A stretch of DNA of 64,000 nucleotides from a virus. Of this stretch, positions 36,164 through 45,016 are shown piece by piece; position 1 is the stretch's first letter; every line of letters starts with the position of its first letter. A program made the translations under genes and the position numbers. Below the pieces are notes generated by a model. The model had not been told where the DNA came from, made no database searches, and saw nothing but the letters and a program-made list of their open reading frames with translations. The stretch covers positions 43,937 through 107,936 of the IMG/VR virus record IMGVR_UViG_3300022833_000005; one strand, written 5' to 3'.

Positions 36164-37281
36164 TCAGATGCGTCAACAATTAATTCCTTATAATGAAGTC
36201 CATCATTACCATTTTGACCAATAATATTCATACGATTATCATCATCCTCATCAATTTCTATAGGTGGTGGTACCTCTTCTACAACTTCTTCTATACCTTT
36301 GATTGCATTTATTATTTTACGTTTAATTGCATCAAAGAAATCTGGTTCTTCAAGAATCATTTGTTTAAATTCTTCTAAGTCATATTTGATATCATCAAAT
36401 GTATATGTTTTACCATATTTACGACCTAATTCAAATTCATGTAATAATTGAAGTGCTTCACCAACTCTATCTATACCTATTCCATATATAATTTCAAAAT
36501 CTACTTTTTTATATGGTGGTGTCATTTTGTTTTTAGTACATCTAACTTTAGTTATGTTACCATAAACCTCTTGACCTTCTTTAGCTAAACTTCTACTTAT
36601 TTCTATTCTAACATCTGAATAGAATTTTAAAGCATGACCTCCTTGAGTTGTAGTAGGGTTACCAAACATTACACCAATCTTTTCTCTATACTGAGATATA
36701 ACAATTATGCATGTGTTTGTATTATGTGCTATACTTTTTAGCTTTGGATAAGCACTACTATTTAATCTAGCTTTCTTACCAATTGCATAATCTCCCACTT
36801 CACCATCTAATACAGCTTTAGGGATTAATGAACTATCTGAATCTATAACAATTAGATCTACTTCACCACTAGTCATAAGTTCTACAGCAATATTAAATCC
36901 TTCTTCACCACAGGATGGTTGAGCTATTAGCATACTTGATGTATCAACACCTAGTTGTTCAAAATAGTTTTTATCTACAGCATGTTCACCGTCTATATAA
37001 ACCACTTTACCACCACTGGCTTGACAACTAGCTACAGCATGTCCACACACTGTAGATTTACCTGTACCTTCCCAACCCATAAGTTCATACATTTTTCCTT
37101 TTACAAAACCACCAACTCCTAATGCAATCCAGTCAAACCCAATGGATCCTGTACTAATTACATCATAATCTCCTCCTGTTTTGTCACCTAATGATAATAC
37201 AGTACCATTACCATATTGTTTGTTTAATCTGTCTAATGCATCTTGAAACTTGTTTCCAGTTTCCACTTGTTTTTTTGCCAT
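36160..37281 (-). CDS. recA: RecA recombinase
   Basis: GWEGTGKS Walker A, YIDGEHA, IVIDS, QYREKIGVMFG, GGHALKFY. Confidence 0.95.
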   Translation of the reverse strand: MAKKQVETGNKFQDALDRLNKQYGNGTVLSLGDKTGGDYDVISTGSIGFDWIALGVGGFVKGKMYELMGWEGTGKSTVCGHAVASCQASGGKVVYIDGEHAVDKNYFEQLGVDTSSMLIAQPSCGEEGFNIAVELMTSGEVDLIVIDSDSSLIPKAVLDGEVGDYAIGKKARLNSSAYPKLKSIAHNTNTCIIVISQYREKIGVMFGNPTTTQGGHALKFYSDVRIEISRSLAKEGQEVYGNITKVRCTKNKMTPPYKKVDFEIIYGIGIDRVGEALQLLHEFELGRKYGKTYTFDDIKYDLEEFKQMILEEPDFFDAIKRKIINAIKGIEEVVEEVPPPIEIDEDDDNRMNIIGQNGNDGLHYKELIVDASE

Positions 37282-37346
37282 TTTCTGTTGTTTTAATTAT
37301 TAGTAAATATACAATATTTCAGTCTGTTTTTTTAATTTTAAAGCAT

Positions 37347-37380
37347 AAAAAAAGACCCTAGATTACTCTAAGGCCTTTTA
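37347..37380 (-). terminator. Intrinsic terminator
   Basis: aaggccttag-agtaat-ctagggtctt followed by a T-run on the minus strand. Confidence 0.7.
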
Positions 37381-37440
37381 CAATTAAAAACAGAACAGAA
37401 ATATTGTAAATTCAAACAAGGTAATAACTTTCGTTATTCA
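37347..37440 (-). ncRNA. Candidate ~90-nt small RNA
   Basis: Bounded by a promoter and a terminator; AAUAAC-GAAA-GUUAUU hairpin; no ATG ORF. Confidence 0.4.
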
Positions 37441-37445
37441 TTGTT

Positions 37446-37453
37446 CAAATGTA
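37446..37453 (-). promoter_or_regulatory. -7 box (TACATTTG) with -33 TTTG at 37473-37476
   Basis: TTTG-N19-TAnnTTTG on the minus strand. Confidence 0.6.
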
Positions 37454-37523
37454 GATAATGTAAAACAAACATCAAAATAATTATCAATGTTTGTTTTATC
37501 TTTTTTAATTAAATTACTTATTT

Positions 37524-39152
37524 TTATCCTTCACAACTTGAACATTCTAAAATATTTCTTGCAAAATCTTGAGCTGAACTCTTACTAAATTGGTAATATA
37601 AGGTTTTAACTCCTTCTTCATGTGCATATAAATATAATGAATTAATGTCTTTAGCAGATACAGATGGGTCAATCATTAAATTTAAACTTTGAGATTGATC
37701 TATAAACTTTTGTCTCTGAGCTGCTTGTAACACTATTTCTTTAGGAGATATCTCAACAAATGACTTAAACACCTCTTTAGTAGGAAAATCTAAATGTTGG
37801 ACTGATCCATCTTTTTGTAATATACTTTTCCAAATAGTAGAAGTATTTAAACCATATTTTTCTAATTCCTCTTGTAAATAAGGATTTTTATAAGCAGTTT
37901 TTATCTTAGCTAAATCTTTAATAAAGTAATTAGATTTGATTGGTTCAATACCCATAGATGTAGCACCTAGTATAAATGAACTTGACTTAGTAGGAGCAAT
38001 AGCAATAAGAGTGGTATTAGCATACCCATCTCTTAATGACCTCACTTCTCTATGATCATGTAACCATTTAGACCCTCTTTCAGTCTTTTCTTTTAGTGTA
38101 GTAAATATCTCATGATTTAATCCTTTAGCTTGCAATGAGTCAAACTCAATAAGCTTAGATTGAAATAATGAATGATACCCAAGAACACCAACACCAATTG
38201 CTCTATGTCTTTCAGCAAATCTATATGCTCTTTTCATTCCTGGCATGTGTTCAGATTTTAAAATAAATTCATCCATCACAGCATTTAAGAATAATGTATA
38301 TGTTTCTATTGCATCAGTGTCTTTAATTTCATCCCAGTGTAACAGGTTGATAGATCCTAAACAACAAACAAATGAATGATATGTATCTGTAGGTAATTGT
38401 ATTTCAGAACATAGATTAGAAGCAGTTATCTCTAAACCTAACTCTTTATAAGGAGAAGTATCATTATTAGAATTATCCTTAAACATTATATAAGGAAAAC
38501 CAAACTCACTTCTTCTTTGAATCACCTTGGCCCATATCTTACGTTTAATTTTATCACCTTTTTTCATTTCAGCTATCCATTTATCAGTAACTGTAACACC
38601 ATATTGTAAGTTTTGTATTGGATTACCTTCTGTGCCCATATCTAGAAAATCTAGAATATCTGCATGTTCTAATGGTAAATATACAGCACACGCTCCTCTT
38701 CTTGCTTCAGATTGTTTACACACATCTACAACAGTATCATATATATTAGCATAATGAATGGGCCCATCTGCGTGACCACCTGTTGAAATCTTTGTACCTC
38801 TAGGTCTAATGTTACCTAAATAAGCAGAAGTTCCTCCACCATATTTAGACATCATTCCTATTTCACGTCCTGCATTTAATATGCTATCTAATGAATCATC
38901 AACATTACTTCCATAACAACTGATTGGTAATCCCTTTGCTTTACCAAAGTTAATCCAAACAGGAGTAGATAAAGAATAGAAACCACGTGACATGTAGTCT
39001 TCAAACTTTAAAGCAAAACCATCTATCTTTAAATACTTTTCTGCTATAGTAGCAATGTCTTTAATTCTTTGTTCAGGTGATTCAGTTATATATCCTCTTG
39101 ACAAGAATTTACGACTATCATCATTTAGCCAATAATATTTTTTGTATTCCAT
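37524..39152 (-). CDS. nrdA: Ribonucleotide reductase class I alpha subunit (no ATP cone)
   Basis: PISC, SNLCSEI, APTKSSS, DQSQSLN, KTLYY, C-terminal CxxC. Confidence 0.95.
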   Translation of the reverse strand: MEYKKYYWLNDDSRKFLSRGYITESPEQRIKDIATIAEKYLKIDGFALKFEDYMSRGFYSLSTPVWINFGKAKGLPISCYGSNVDDSLDSILNAGREIGMMSKYGGGTSAYLGNIRPRGTKISTGGHADGPIHYANIYDTVVDVCKQSEARRGACAVYLPLEHADILDFLDMGTEGNPIQNLQYGVTVTDKWIAEMKKGDKIKRKIWAKVIQRRSEFGFPYIMFKDNSNNDTSPYKELGLEITASNLCSEIQLPTDTYHSFVCCLGSINLLHWDEIKDTDAIETYTLFLNAVMDEFILKSEHMPGMKRAYRFAERHRAIGVGVLGYHSLFQSKLIEFDSLQAKGLNHEIFTTLKEKTERGSKWLHDHREVRSLRDGYANTTLIAIAPTKSSSFILGATSMGIEPIKSNYFIKDLAKIKTAYKNPYLQEELEKYGLNTSTIWKSILQKDGSVQHLDFPTKEVFKSFVEISPKEIVLQAAQRQKFIDQSQSLNLMIDPSVSAKDINSLYLYAHEEGVKTLYYQFSKSSAQDFARNILECSSCEG

Positions 39153-39161
39153 AATGTTAAT

Positions 39162-40142
39162 TTAAAATAAGTCATCAGCTGTGATGCTTTTGTTTTTCTT
39201 GTTATAATCCACTTGTTTTTTATAAAAGAAATCACCTTCTTTTGTTGCAGTGATTTCTATATTGAACCATTCAGTCTGTTCTAATAATTCATGGTTCACA
39301 TCAAATATGGTTTCCATTCCAATTTTAGTAAGTGAATTATTAAATCTATCTCTAATAAAGTGTTGAATAGTTTCTTTAGATAGAAAGCTTAATTCCCCTT
39401 TTTCAAAAATCCAATCTAATATATCACATTCAGCTACGTAAGCTTTCATGCATGCAGAATAAATTAAGTCTTCAAATTCTTTATCAAACCATTCTGGGTT
39501 CTCTTTCTTAATAATGTTAATTATCTCTGCTCCAAAGTTACCATGAATTTCCTCTTCTTTAGATGTTGCCTCTACAACATTAGAAATTCCTTTAAAAAGG
39601 TTTAATTCCTTATTGAAAGACATCATTATAAGAAATTGACTAAACAAGCTTACATGCTCTATAAATAGAGAAAATAGCAATACAGATTTTGTATACATCT
39701 TATCATCTCTACTTCTTGTACCATCTAGGTACTTCTTTAAATATTTTATTCTACCAGCAATAGCAGGTACATCAACTACAGTTTCAAATTCTTTTTCAAG
39801 TCCAAGTATTCTTAATAATTGTGCATATGCATCTTTATGTCTTACTTCAGATTCTGCAAATGTCATTCCAACATCCCCAACTTCTGTAATAGGCATACGT
39901 TTATACATATCAGCCCAGAAAGTTTTAACACTAACTTCTATTTGAGCAATTGAAAGCATTGTCTTTTTAATAACATCTCTTTCTTTAGGCGTAATAGTAA
40001 CTTTAAAATCTTGAATGTCCTCTGTAAAATTAAATTCTGTGTGTATCCAATATGAATGTCTTATTGCATTTTTATATGCTAATAATTGTGGATATTCATA
40101 AGGTAAAATATTTACTCTTGGTTTAAATATGTTTTTGCTCAT
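39162..40142 (-). CDS. nrdB: Ribonucleotide reductase beta subunit (class Id-like)
   Basis: QIEVSVK, ESEVRH...Y, IEHVSLFSQF, EEEIH ligands; GDFF C-terminus. Confidence 0.93.
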   Translation of the reverse strand: MSKNIFKPRVNILPYEYPQLLAYKNAIRHSYWIHTEFNFTEDIQDFKVTITPKERDVIKKTMLSIAQIEVSVKTFWADMYKRMPITEVGDVGMTFAESEVRHKDAYAQLLRILGLEKEFETVVDVPAIAGRIKYLKKYLDGTRSRDDKMYTKSVLLFSLFIEHVSLFSQFLIMMSFNKELNLFKGISNVVEATSKEEEIHGNFGAEIINIIKKENPEWFDKEFEDLIYSACMKAYVAECDILDWIFEKGELSFLSKETIQHFIRDRFNNSLTKIGMETIFDVNHELLEQTEWFNIEITATKEGDFFYKKQVDYNKKNKSITADDLF

Positions 40143-40483
40143 ACTTCTATAGTGTTTCCGTATTTATCTAAGTTTAAGGTTAATAATCGTTGTTCCACTT
40201 CAAATTCCACTTTTAAAATAAGAATAATATCTTTTTCTATCTGCTCATGTATAATTCTTCCTAACATAGGGCTAAATAAATAATCAAGATTTGTGTCCAT
40301 TCTAGGTATTCCATGAATAGTTGATATTTCTTTATATTTAAAACCTTCTATTTTTCTAAGATCTTTAAATATTTGATTCAAATATTGTACTACTGAGGGA
40401 ACTTCTATATTAAGACCATCTCCTGAATCTGATAGATCTAATAAATCTATATGAGCTTCGTTAAATTCTTTAGTTGTTTTCAT
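40139..40483 (-). CDS. Hypothetical protein
   Basis: 114-aa ORF, ATGA-coupled to nrdB. Confidence 0.7.
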   Translation of the reverse strand: MKTTKEFNEAHIDLLDLSDSGDGLNIEVPSVVQYLNQIFKDLRKIEGFKYKEISTIHGIPRMDTNLDYLFSPMLGRIIHEQIEKDIILILKVEFEVEQRLLTLNLDKYGNTIEV

Positions 40484-40486
40484 AAT

Positions 40487-40651
40487 TTAAGTTGTTGTTT
40501 GATACCAATAATCTAAAGTTAATGTACCTTCATGTTCTAAATTTAAAGGTTTGTTATTCTCTGAAATTTTGGTAATAATTAAATCAGCTTCTTCTGATGA
40601 TATATGATTTTGACTTAGCAAATCTACTATAATTTTTCCAATTGTTCTCAT
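40487..40651 (-). CDS. Small hypothetical protein (not in ORF track)
   Basis: MRTIGKIIVDLL...YQTTT*, ATGA overlap with the upstream gene. Confidence 0.6.
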   Translation of the reverse strand: MRTIGKIIVDLLSQNHISSEEADLIITKISENNKPLNLEHEGTLTLDYWYQTTT

Positions 40652-41055
40652 GGTTCAGGTTCTAATTCGTTAAGTTTTATAACTTCTTCAACTTCAGGAG
40701 TTAATTGTAACTCAAGCATTGAAAGGCCTTCTAACATTGCTAATTCTTCTATAACAATTCTTGGAAGCCATTCAGATTTTGCTCTAACATCATTCATTGT
40801 ATACTTAAATAAACCATCTTTAGATACAAATCCTATATATATATTACTTGCATCAAATAAATCTATTAAACTTCTAGGACTTCCATTAATTAAAATTTCT
40901 AATTGAGAATCATTTATACCTAAACTTAAAACAGCTTCTTTATAATGATCATCTTCTTCAAATCCTTCAAATGATTTTATCATTTTATTTAGAAACCATT
41001 CTCTCATGGCTTCTTTACCCAATGGGTATTTTTCTAATACTTTTTTTGCTTTCAT
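40648..41055 (-). CDS. Hypothetical protein
   Basis: 135-aa ORF, coupled to neighbours. Confidence 0.7.
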   Translation of the reverse strand: MKAKKVLEKYPLGKEAMREWFLNKMIKSFEGFEEDDHYKEAVLSLGINDSQLEILINGSPRSLIDLFDASNIYIGFVSKDGLFKYTMNDVRAKSEWLPRIVIEELAMLEGLSMLELQLTPEVEEVIKLNELEPEP

Positions 41056-41297
41056 AATTTATTTCTTTCTAGTATATTAATTAATGTAATAACATCTTTA
41101 ATGTCTGTTATTGCAATATCTTCATTATAAAATATTTGAACATTCCAATTATCATTTTTATACTCATTATTAGCATTAGTCATTAAACACATGCTACCAA
41201 TATTATAAGTATAATAATAATAAGCCTCAGCTCCTGATTCTTCTATAGTTACATCAGTTCTATTAAATTTCAAGTCTATTAAATCCTGTTCTTTCAT
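41052..41297 (-). CDS. Hypothetical protein
   Basis: Start moved to MKEQDL at 41297. Confidence 0.6.
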   Translation of the reverse strand: MKEQDLIDLKFNRTDVTIEESGAEAYYYYTYNIGSMCLMTNANNEYKNDNWNVQIFYNEDIAITDIKDVITLINILERNKL

Positions 41298-41301
41298 TTT
41301 A

Positions 41302-41442
41302 TTATTTTTTACAAGTACATTTTTTTCCACAATCAGCATATTCTTGCATCCATTCTGCAATTTTACTATTCACATCAGCATACACTCCAAATGTTATAAA
41401 GTGTTCATTTTGTTTTTTGTCTAAAAATTCTTTTGCTGTCAT
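41302..41442 (-). CDS. Small hypothetical protein (not in ORF track)
   Basis: MTAKEFL...WMQEYA...CTCKK*. Confidence 0.55.
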   Translation of the reverse strand: MTAKEFLDKKQNEHFITFGVYADVNSKIAEWMQEYADCGKKCTCKK

Positions 41443-41449
41443 AATTTAT

Positions 41450-41674
41450 TTATTCTATTAAATCATCCATATTAATACCATATTCTTCCATTAGTTCACC
41501 TAATGCTTCTTTGTAGTTGCTTAAATTAAAAGCATCTTCATCATGTTTCCATTTCCTCCAAAAGTTATGTTTTAGTTCCCAAATGAAACTTGCCATGTCT
41601 GAAGATTTAACACATCTAAGGTGTGATTTTAAATCTTCTGGATTATCTAAATCAAATTCTAATATTGCTTTCAT
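41450..41674 (-). CDS. Hypothetical protein
   Basis: MKAILEFDL-type small phage protein. Confidence 0.7.
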   Translation of the reverse strand: MKAILEFDLDNPEDLKSHLRCVKSSDMASFIWELKHNFWRKWKHDEDAFNLSNYKEALGELMEEYGINMDDLIE

Positions 41675-41859
41675 AATTTATTTATTTCTTGTTTAACTTC
41701 TTGCCAATATTTAATTCCTTTAGGATATCCCTCACATTCTTCTAACATTAAGTCTACAAAAATTAAAGCACATTCTTTAACAAATCTTTTAGGTGTTGAA
41801 TATTCCAACGCATTATCAATTTTATCTAATAATTCTTTTACTTTGTCTTTTGCTTCCAT
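41671..41859 (-). CDS. Hypothetical protein
   Basis: CALI..VD...YWQEVKQEI motif common in Bacteroidota phages. Confidence 0.7.
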   Translation of the reverse strand: MEAKDKVKELLDKIDNALEYSTPKRFVKECALIFVDLMLEECEGYPKGIKYWQEVKQEINKL

Positions 41860-41862
41860 AAT

Positions 41863-42030
41863 TTAGTCTAAAAATATCTTTAATGTTTGACCATCATCCT
41901 GTACTGAGAAATCTAAATTATTAAAATGTCCTAGCTTTTTATATAAAGTTAATAAGCGTCCAACCGGTTTATCATTTTTAGCATGATTTATAATTTCTAA
42001 TCTATTTAATTTTTTTATATCTATTTTCAT
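41863..42030 (-). CDS. Small hypothetical protein (not in ORF track)
   Basis: RLEIINH...GR...SVQDDGQTLKIF. Confidence 0.65.
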   Translation of the reverse strand: MKIDIKKLNRLEIINHAKNDKPVGRLLTLYKKLGHFNNLDFSVQDDGQTLKIFLD

Positions 42031-42081
42031 AAGTTTATTTTATTAAGTATATACAAACTATTAGTTTGTAAATTGAGTTAT

Positions 42082-42216
42082 TTAAGTAATAATTAATTCC
42101 CATTTTAACCAACCCACAATAAATTCATAATTACCATTAAGAAATTTATTATGAGTTATTTTTATAAAGGGAAAAATATAAACCTGTCCGTATACTAAAC
42201 TTGTTTCTATTTTCAT
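42082..42216 (-). CDS. Small hypothetical protein (not in ORF track)
   Basis: MKIETSLVYGQVYIFP...GWLKWELIIT*. Confidence 0.55.
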   Translation of the reverse strand: MKIETSLVYGQVYIFPFIKITHNKFLNGNYEFIVGWLKWELIIT

Positions 42217-42228
42217 AATTTATAAATA

Positions 42229-42489
42229 TTAAGTTAGAAGAGCTAATGCTTCGTATAAAACTTTTAAGGGAACCATTATATTATTTCCAGTTCTTGGATC
42301 TGTGATTAGAAAACCAAAACTCCCTTCTATTTTCGGGTTTTCAATTGTTTCTATCTCAATGCCAAATTCTTTACTTACATACATTATTGGGTTTAATTCT
42401 CTATACCCTTCCATAAAAGCAGTAGCTTCTTTTTCTTAAAATGGGTATTTTTCTTTTGCCATTGTGTTAAGTCTTTCTTTTGAAATCAT
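42229..42489 (-). pseudogene. Small gene interrupted by one in-frame TAA
   Basis: MISKERLNTMAKEKYPF*EKEATAFMEGY... with TAA at 42436-42438. Confidence 0.55.
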
Positions 42490-42560
42490 AATTTGTTATT
42501 TATTTGTTTAAGTTATTAGCACCATCTATAATAGCATACTCACACTGTCTAAAAAATAGA

Positions 42561-42830
42561 GCTTGTGCATAACTTCTATTATAAATGGTCACGAGATAAT
42601 ATCACGTTTTCACAACCTCTTTCAGAAGGTCTATTATCTCTTGCTGTAAACTCCTAAGTGTATTACTGAGAGGGTATAGTTTTCACACTAGTTCTATAAC
42701 TTCAAGCTTTTTATCCAACATATTACAATACAGTTGGTACATTTGATAGATTTAATATGTGTTACTAGGACACATTAGCGAGTAACTTAAAAGCTTATCC
42801 ATACTTATAATTTTATATTCTATCTTCTAA
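42561..42830 (-). ncRNA. Candidate structured non-coding RNA (copy A of a duplicated motif)
   Basis: Multiple stems; shares two exact 15-mers with 43147-43259; terminator-like hairpin at 42561-42590. Confidence 0.45.
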
Positions 42831-42851
42831 TATTTTACGAGCTGGTCGGTT

Positions 42852-43082
42852 TCAGTTCTCTTTAAACCCTATAATATTTTTACTTTCTAAGGATATTGCT
42901 AAAATAGTTTTGTCATTTTCATCTTTTCCTATTTCAGTATTTAAAGTTAAGTTTTTACTTTTTAAAAAGCTTAAAACTTCAGTTAATTCACTGTTCATGT
43001 GATTAATAAATAAATCTTTAAAAATTAACTGATGTTTATGATTTTTCATCTCATCTGATGATATTAAAAGTACTAAAGCCAT
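42852..43082 (-). CDS. Hypothetical protein
   Basis: 76-aa ORF between the two structured elements. Confidence 0.5.
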   Translation of the reverse strand: MALVLLISSDEMKNHKHQLIFKDLFINHMNSELTEVLSFLKSKNLTLNTEIGKDENDKTILAISLESKNIIGFKEN

Positions 43083-43105
43083 AATGTTTAAGTTTAAAAA
43101 TTAAT

Positions 43106-43143
43106 AAAAAACTACACTCATTTTTCAACCTGTTGAGTGTAGT
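43106..43143 (-). terminator. Intrinsic terminator
   Basis: Perfect 10-bp stem actacactca/tgagtgtagt followed by a T-run on the minus strand. Confidence 0.7.
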
Positions 43144-43146
43144 ATA

Positions 43147-43259
43147 ATAGATTTAATATGTAGAGCTAACTGTTCAATGGGCCTTATTCAGGTAACCAAT
43201 TATAGTAGTTAGTCTTAAAAAGAGTCAATTCTCTGATACTACAATTTATATTCTATCTT
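43147..43259 (-). promoter_or_regulatory. Candidate cis-regulatory structured RNA (copy B of a duplicated motif)
   Basis: Shared 15-mers with copy A; alternative pairing with the terminator arm. Confidence 0.4.
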
Positions 43260-43351
43260 TATTTAGTGATTATTTTTACTCAGACTATTACTTACGCTTT
43301 TACTCTGACTATTCTTCATCACTTGGTCATAGGTTTAACCATTTTAATTCT

Positions 43352-43915
43352 TTAATATGGATATTTTAAAATTTCTTTTACATCTTCTATACAAAGAATT
43401 TCTTCTTCTTCATAATAACCTGACCATACTTCTTGATCATCTTCCCAATCAACACCCACTTTACTTTCCCAATATTCTATTAAGTCAGGAGATCTAGTGA
43501 ACACTCTATGTTGAAGAGATACTTCATCTCTATGTAAACCGTTCTTTTTAATCTTAATCACCTTTGGAAATAGTTTTTGAAAATCTTTAGAAGTTTTAGA
43601 ATATAAACCAGTTTTAACAATGTTAAAATCTTTTCTATATTTTGGATCTAATTTATAGATAATTACAACAAAACCTCCAGAATAATCATAGTCTTCTATA
43701 ATTTGTTCTGATCTTTCATATTCATTATCTATAAACTCTCTAAACTTTGGTATATCTGTAGGAAGAAACAAGAGATAAATAGCATCTTCATATTGAATAT
43801 CTCTATCTACATCTTTAATGTAAGCATTTACAAAATTATTTTCCCTAAGTTCCCCACTGGGTATCTTTAATGTAGGGACTGCAAATATACTAGTTATTGT
43901 TTTCTTTATGTTCAT
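43352..43915 (-). CDS. Hypothetical protein
   Basis: 187-aa ORF overlapping the exonuclease gene. Confidence 0.75.
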   Translation of the reverse strand: MNIKKTITSIFAVPTLKIPSGELRENNFVNAYIKDVDRDIQYEDAIYLLFLPTDIPKFREFIDNEYERSEQIIEDYDYSGGFVVIIYKLDPKYRKDFNIVKTGLYSKTSKDFQKLFPKVIKIKKNGLHRDEVSLQHRVFTRSPDLIEYWESKVGVDWEDDQEVWSGYYEEEEILCIEDVKEILKYPY

Positions 43916-44759
43916 CTATATCTAATATATTTAACTCTTTTTGAGTGTATAACTTTAAAATCTTATAATAAAGCCTAATTTGTTTCTTAGCCTCTATAAA
44001 ATCTCCTTTATTTGATTTCAAATAAGCTTGAAATACAGCTTTAGTAAATTGATAATCTGTCATATCTAAATGCATATTATCTTTACACCAAGCTTGTCCA
44101 ACTCTATAAGCTCCAGAAACTCCGTCTGAACTATCTCCAATTACTATTTGAGATGCAATTGCTAGTCTACTTTCTTTCTTAGATATATTTTTAAATTCAC
44201 CTAATATTTCACCATAGCTTCTATAGTTATAATAAGGAACATCAGGGCAATTATAAAATACATCTTTATCAATAGAGGATACTACACAATTACCTTCACT
44301 TAGAATCATAGCATCATAAACATAATCATCAGCTTCAGCTCCATGAGAAGGAATAGCTTCTAATTCTTCTAACATATAATCTTTAATAATAGGAAGCAGT
44401 GGACTTTTGATAGTTTTTGCCCTGTTAATTTTGTAATTTGGAAACACTTTATATCTAAAGTTATTCTTACCTGCTACAAAAATATATGTTTTCTGTATGT
44501 TAAACCATTCTTCTACATTATTTTGGATCTCTTGAAGTTTAGTTCTAGTTCTATATTTAGCTTCTTCTAATTGTTCAATCTCAGTAGGGAATTCTATTAA
44601 AGAATCTTCAGGGAAATATGTAGCAAAATACATAATACTATCTGCATCAATTATCAATACTCTTTTAGTATCATCAAATTTAACAGGAGCCCCTTTAACA
44701 GATTTAGTAATTATATCAGCTAATTCTACATTACCTTCTCGTTTTATACCAGCTATCAT
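43890..44759 (-). CDS. 5'-3' exonuclease / flap endonuclease (T5 D15/T7 gp6-like)
   Basis: IIDADS, EADD, SIDKD, GDSSD acidic motifs. Confidence 0.85.
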   Translation of the reverse strand: MIAGIKREGNVELADIITKSVKGAPVKFDDTKRVLIIDADSIMYFATYFPEDSLIEFPTEIEQLEEAKYRTRTKLQEIQNNVEEWFNIQKTYIFVAGKNNFRYKVFPNYKINRAKTIKSPLLPIIKDYMLEELEAIPSHGAEADDYVYDAMILSEGNCVVSSIDKDVFYNCPDVPYYNYRSYGEILGEFKNISKKESRLAIASQIVIGDSSDGVSGAYRVGQAWCKDNMHLDMTDYQFTKAVFQAYLKSNKGDFIEAKKQIRLYYKILKLYTQKELNILDIDEHKENNN

Positions 44760-44998
44760 AATTGCTTTTTTTCAAGATGTTCGATTTCTGTTTGTAAATA
44801 GATTAAAGCTTTATTTAAATCTAATAATTTATCGTTGTTATCTTCTTTACCTGCATCAATAACATATTTAATTACACTTCCACTAGCAAAACGTACATTG
44901 AAGAGATGACATATATCAATCACTTCTAAATTCTTAGAGGAAGGTCTGTGATATTTTGGTTCAGTTAGATTTCTTATTGTTTTTATATCTAATTCCAT
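44756..44998 (-). CDS. DUF3310-like protein
   Basis: P.Y...EVIDI...F..G.VIKY...AGK...DL.KA..YL. Confidence 0.65.
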   Translation of the reverse strand: MELDIKTIRNLTEPKYHRPSSKNLEVIDICHLFNVRFASGSVIKYVIDAGKEDNNDKLLDLNKALIYLQTEIEHLEKKQL

Positions 44999-45016
44999 AA
45001 TTTAGGTTTTTAATAA

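Noticed and set aside
42500-43350. tRNA, tmRNA or group I intron
   Set aside because: No cloverleaf, T-loop/CCA end or tag-like frame; intron core-like words are in the wrong order and no gene is interrupted
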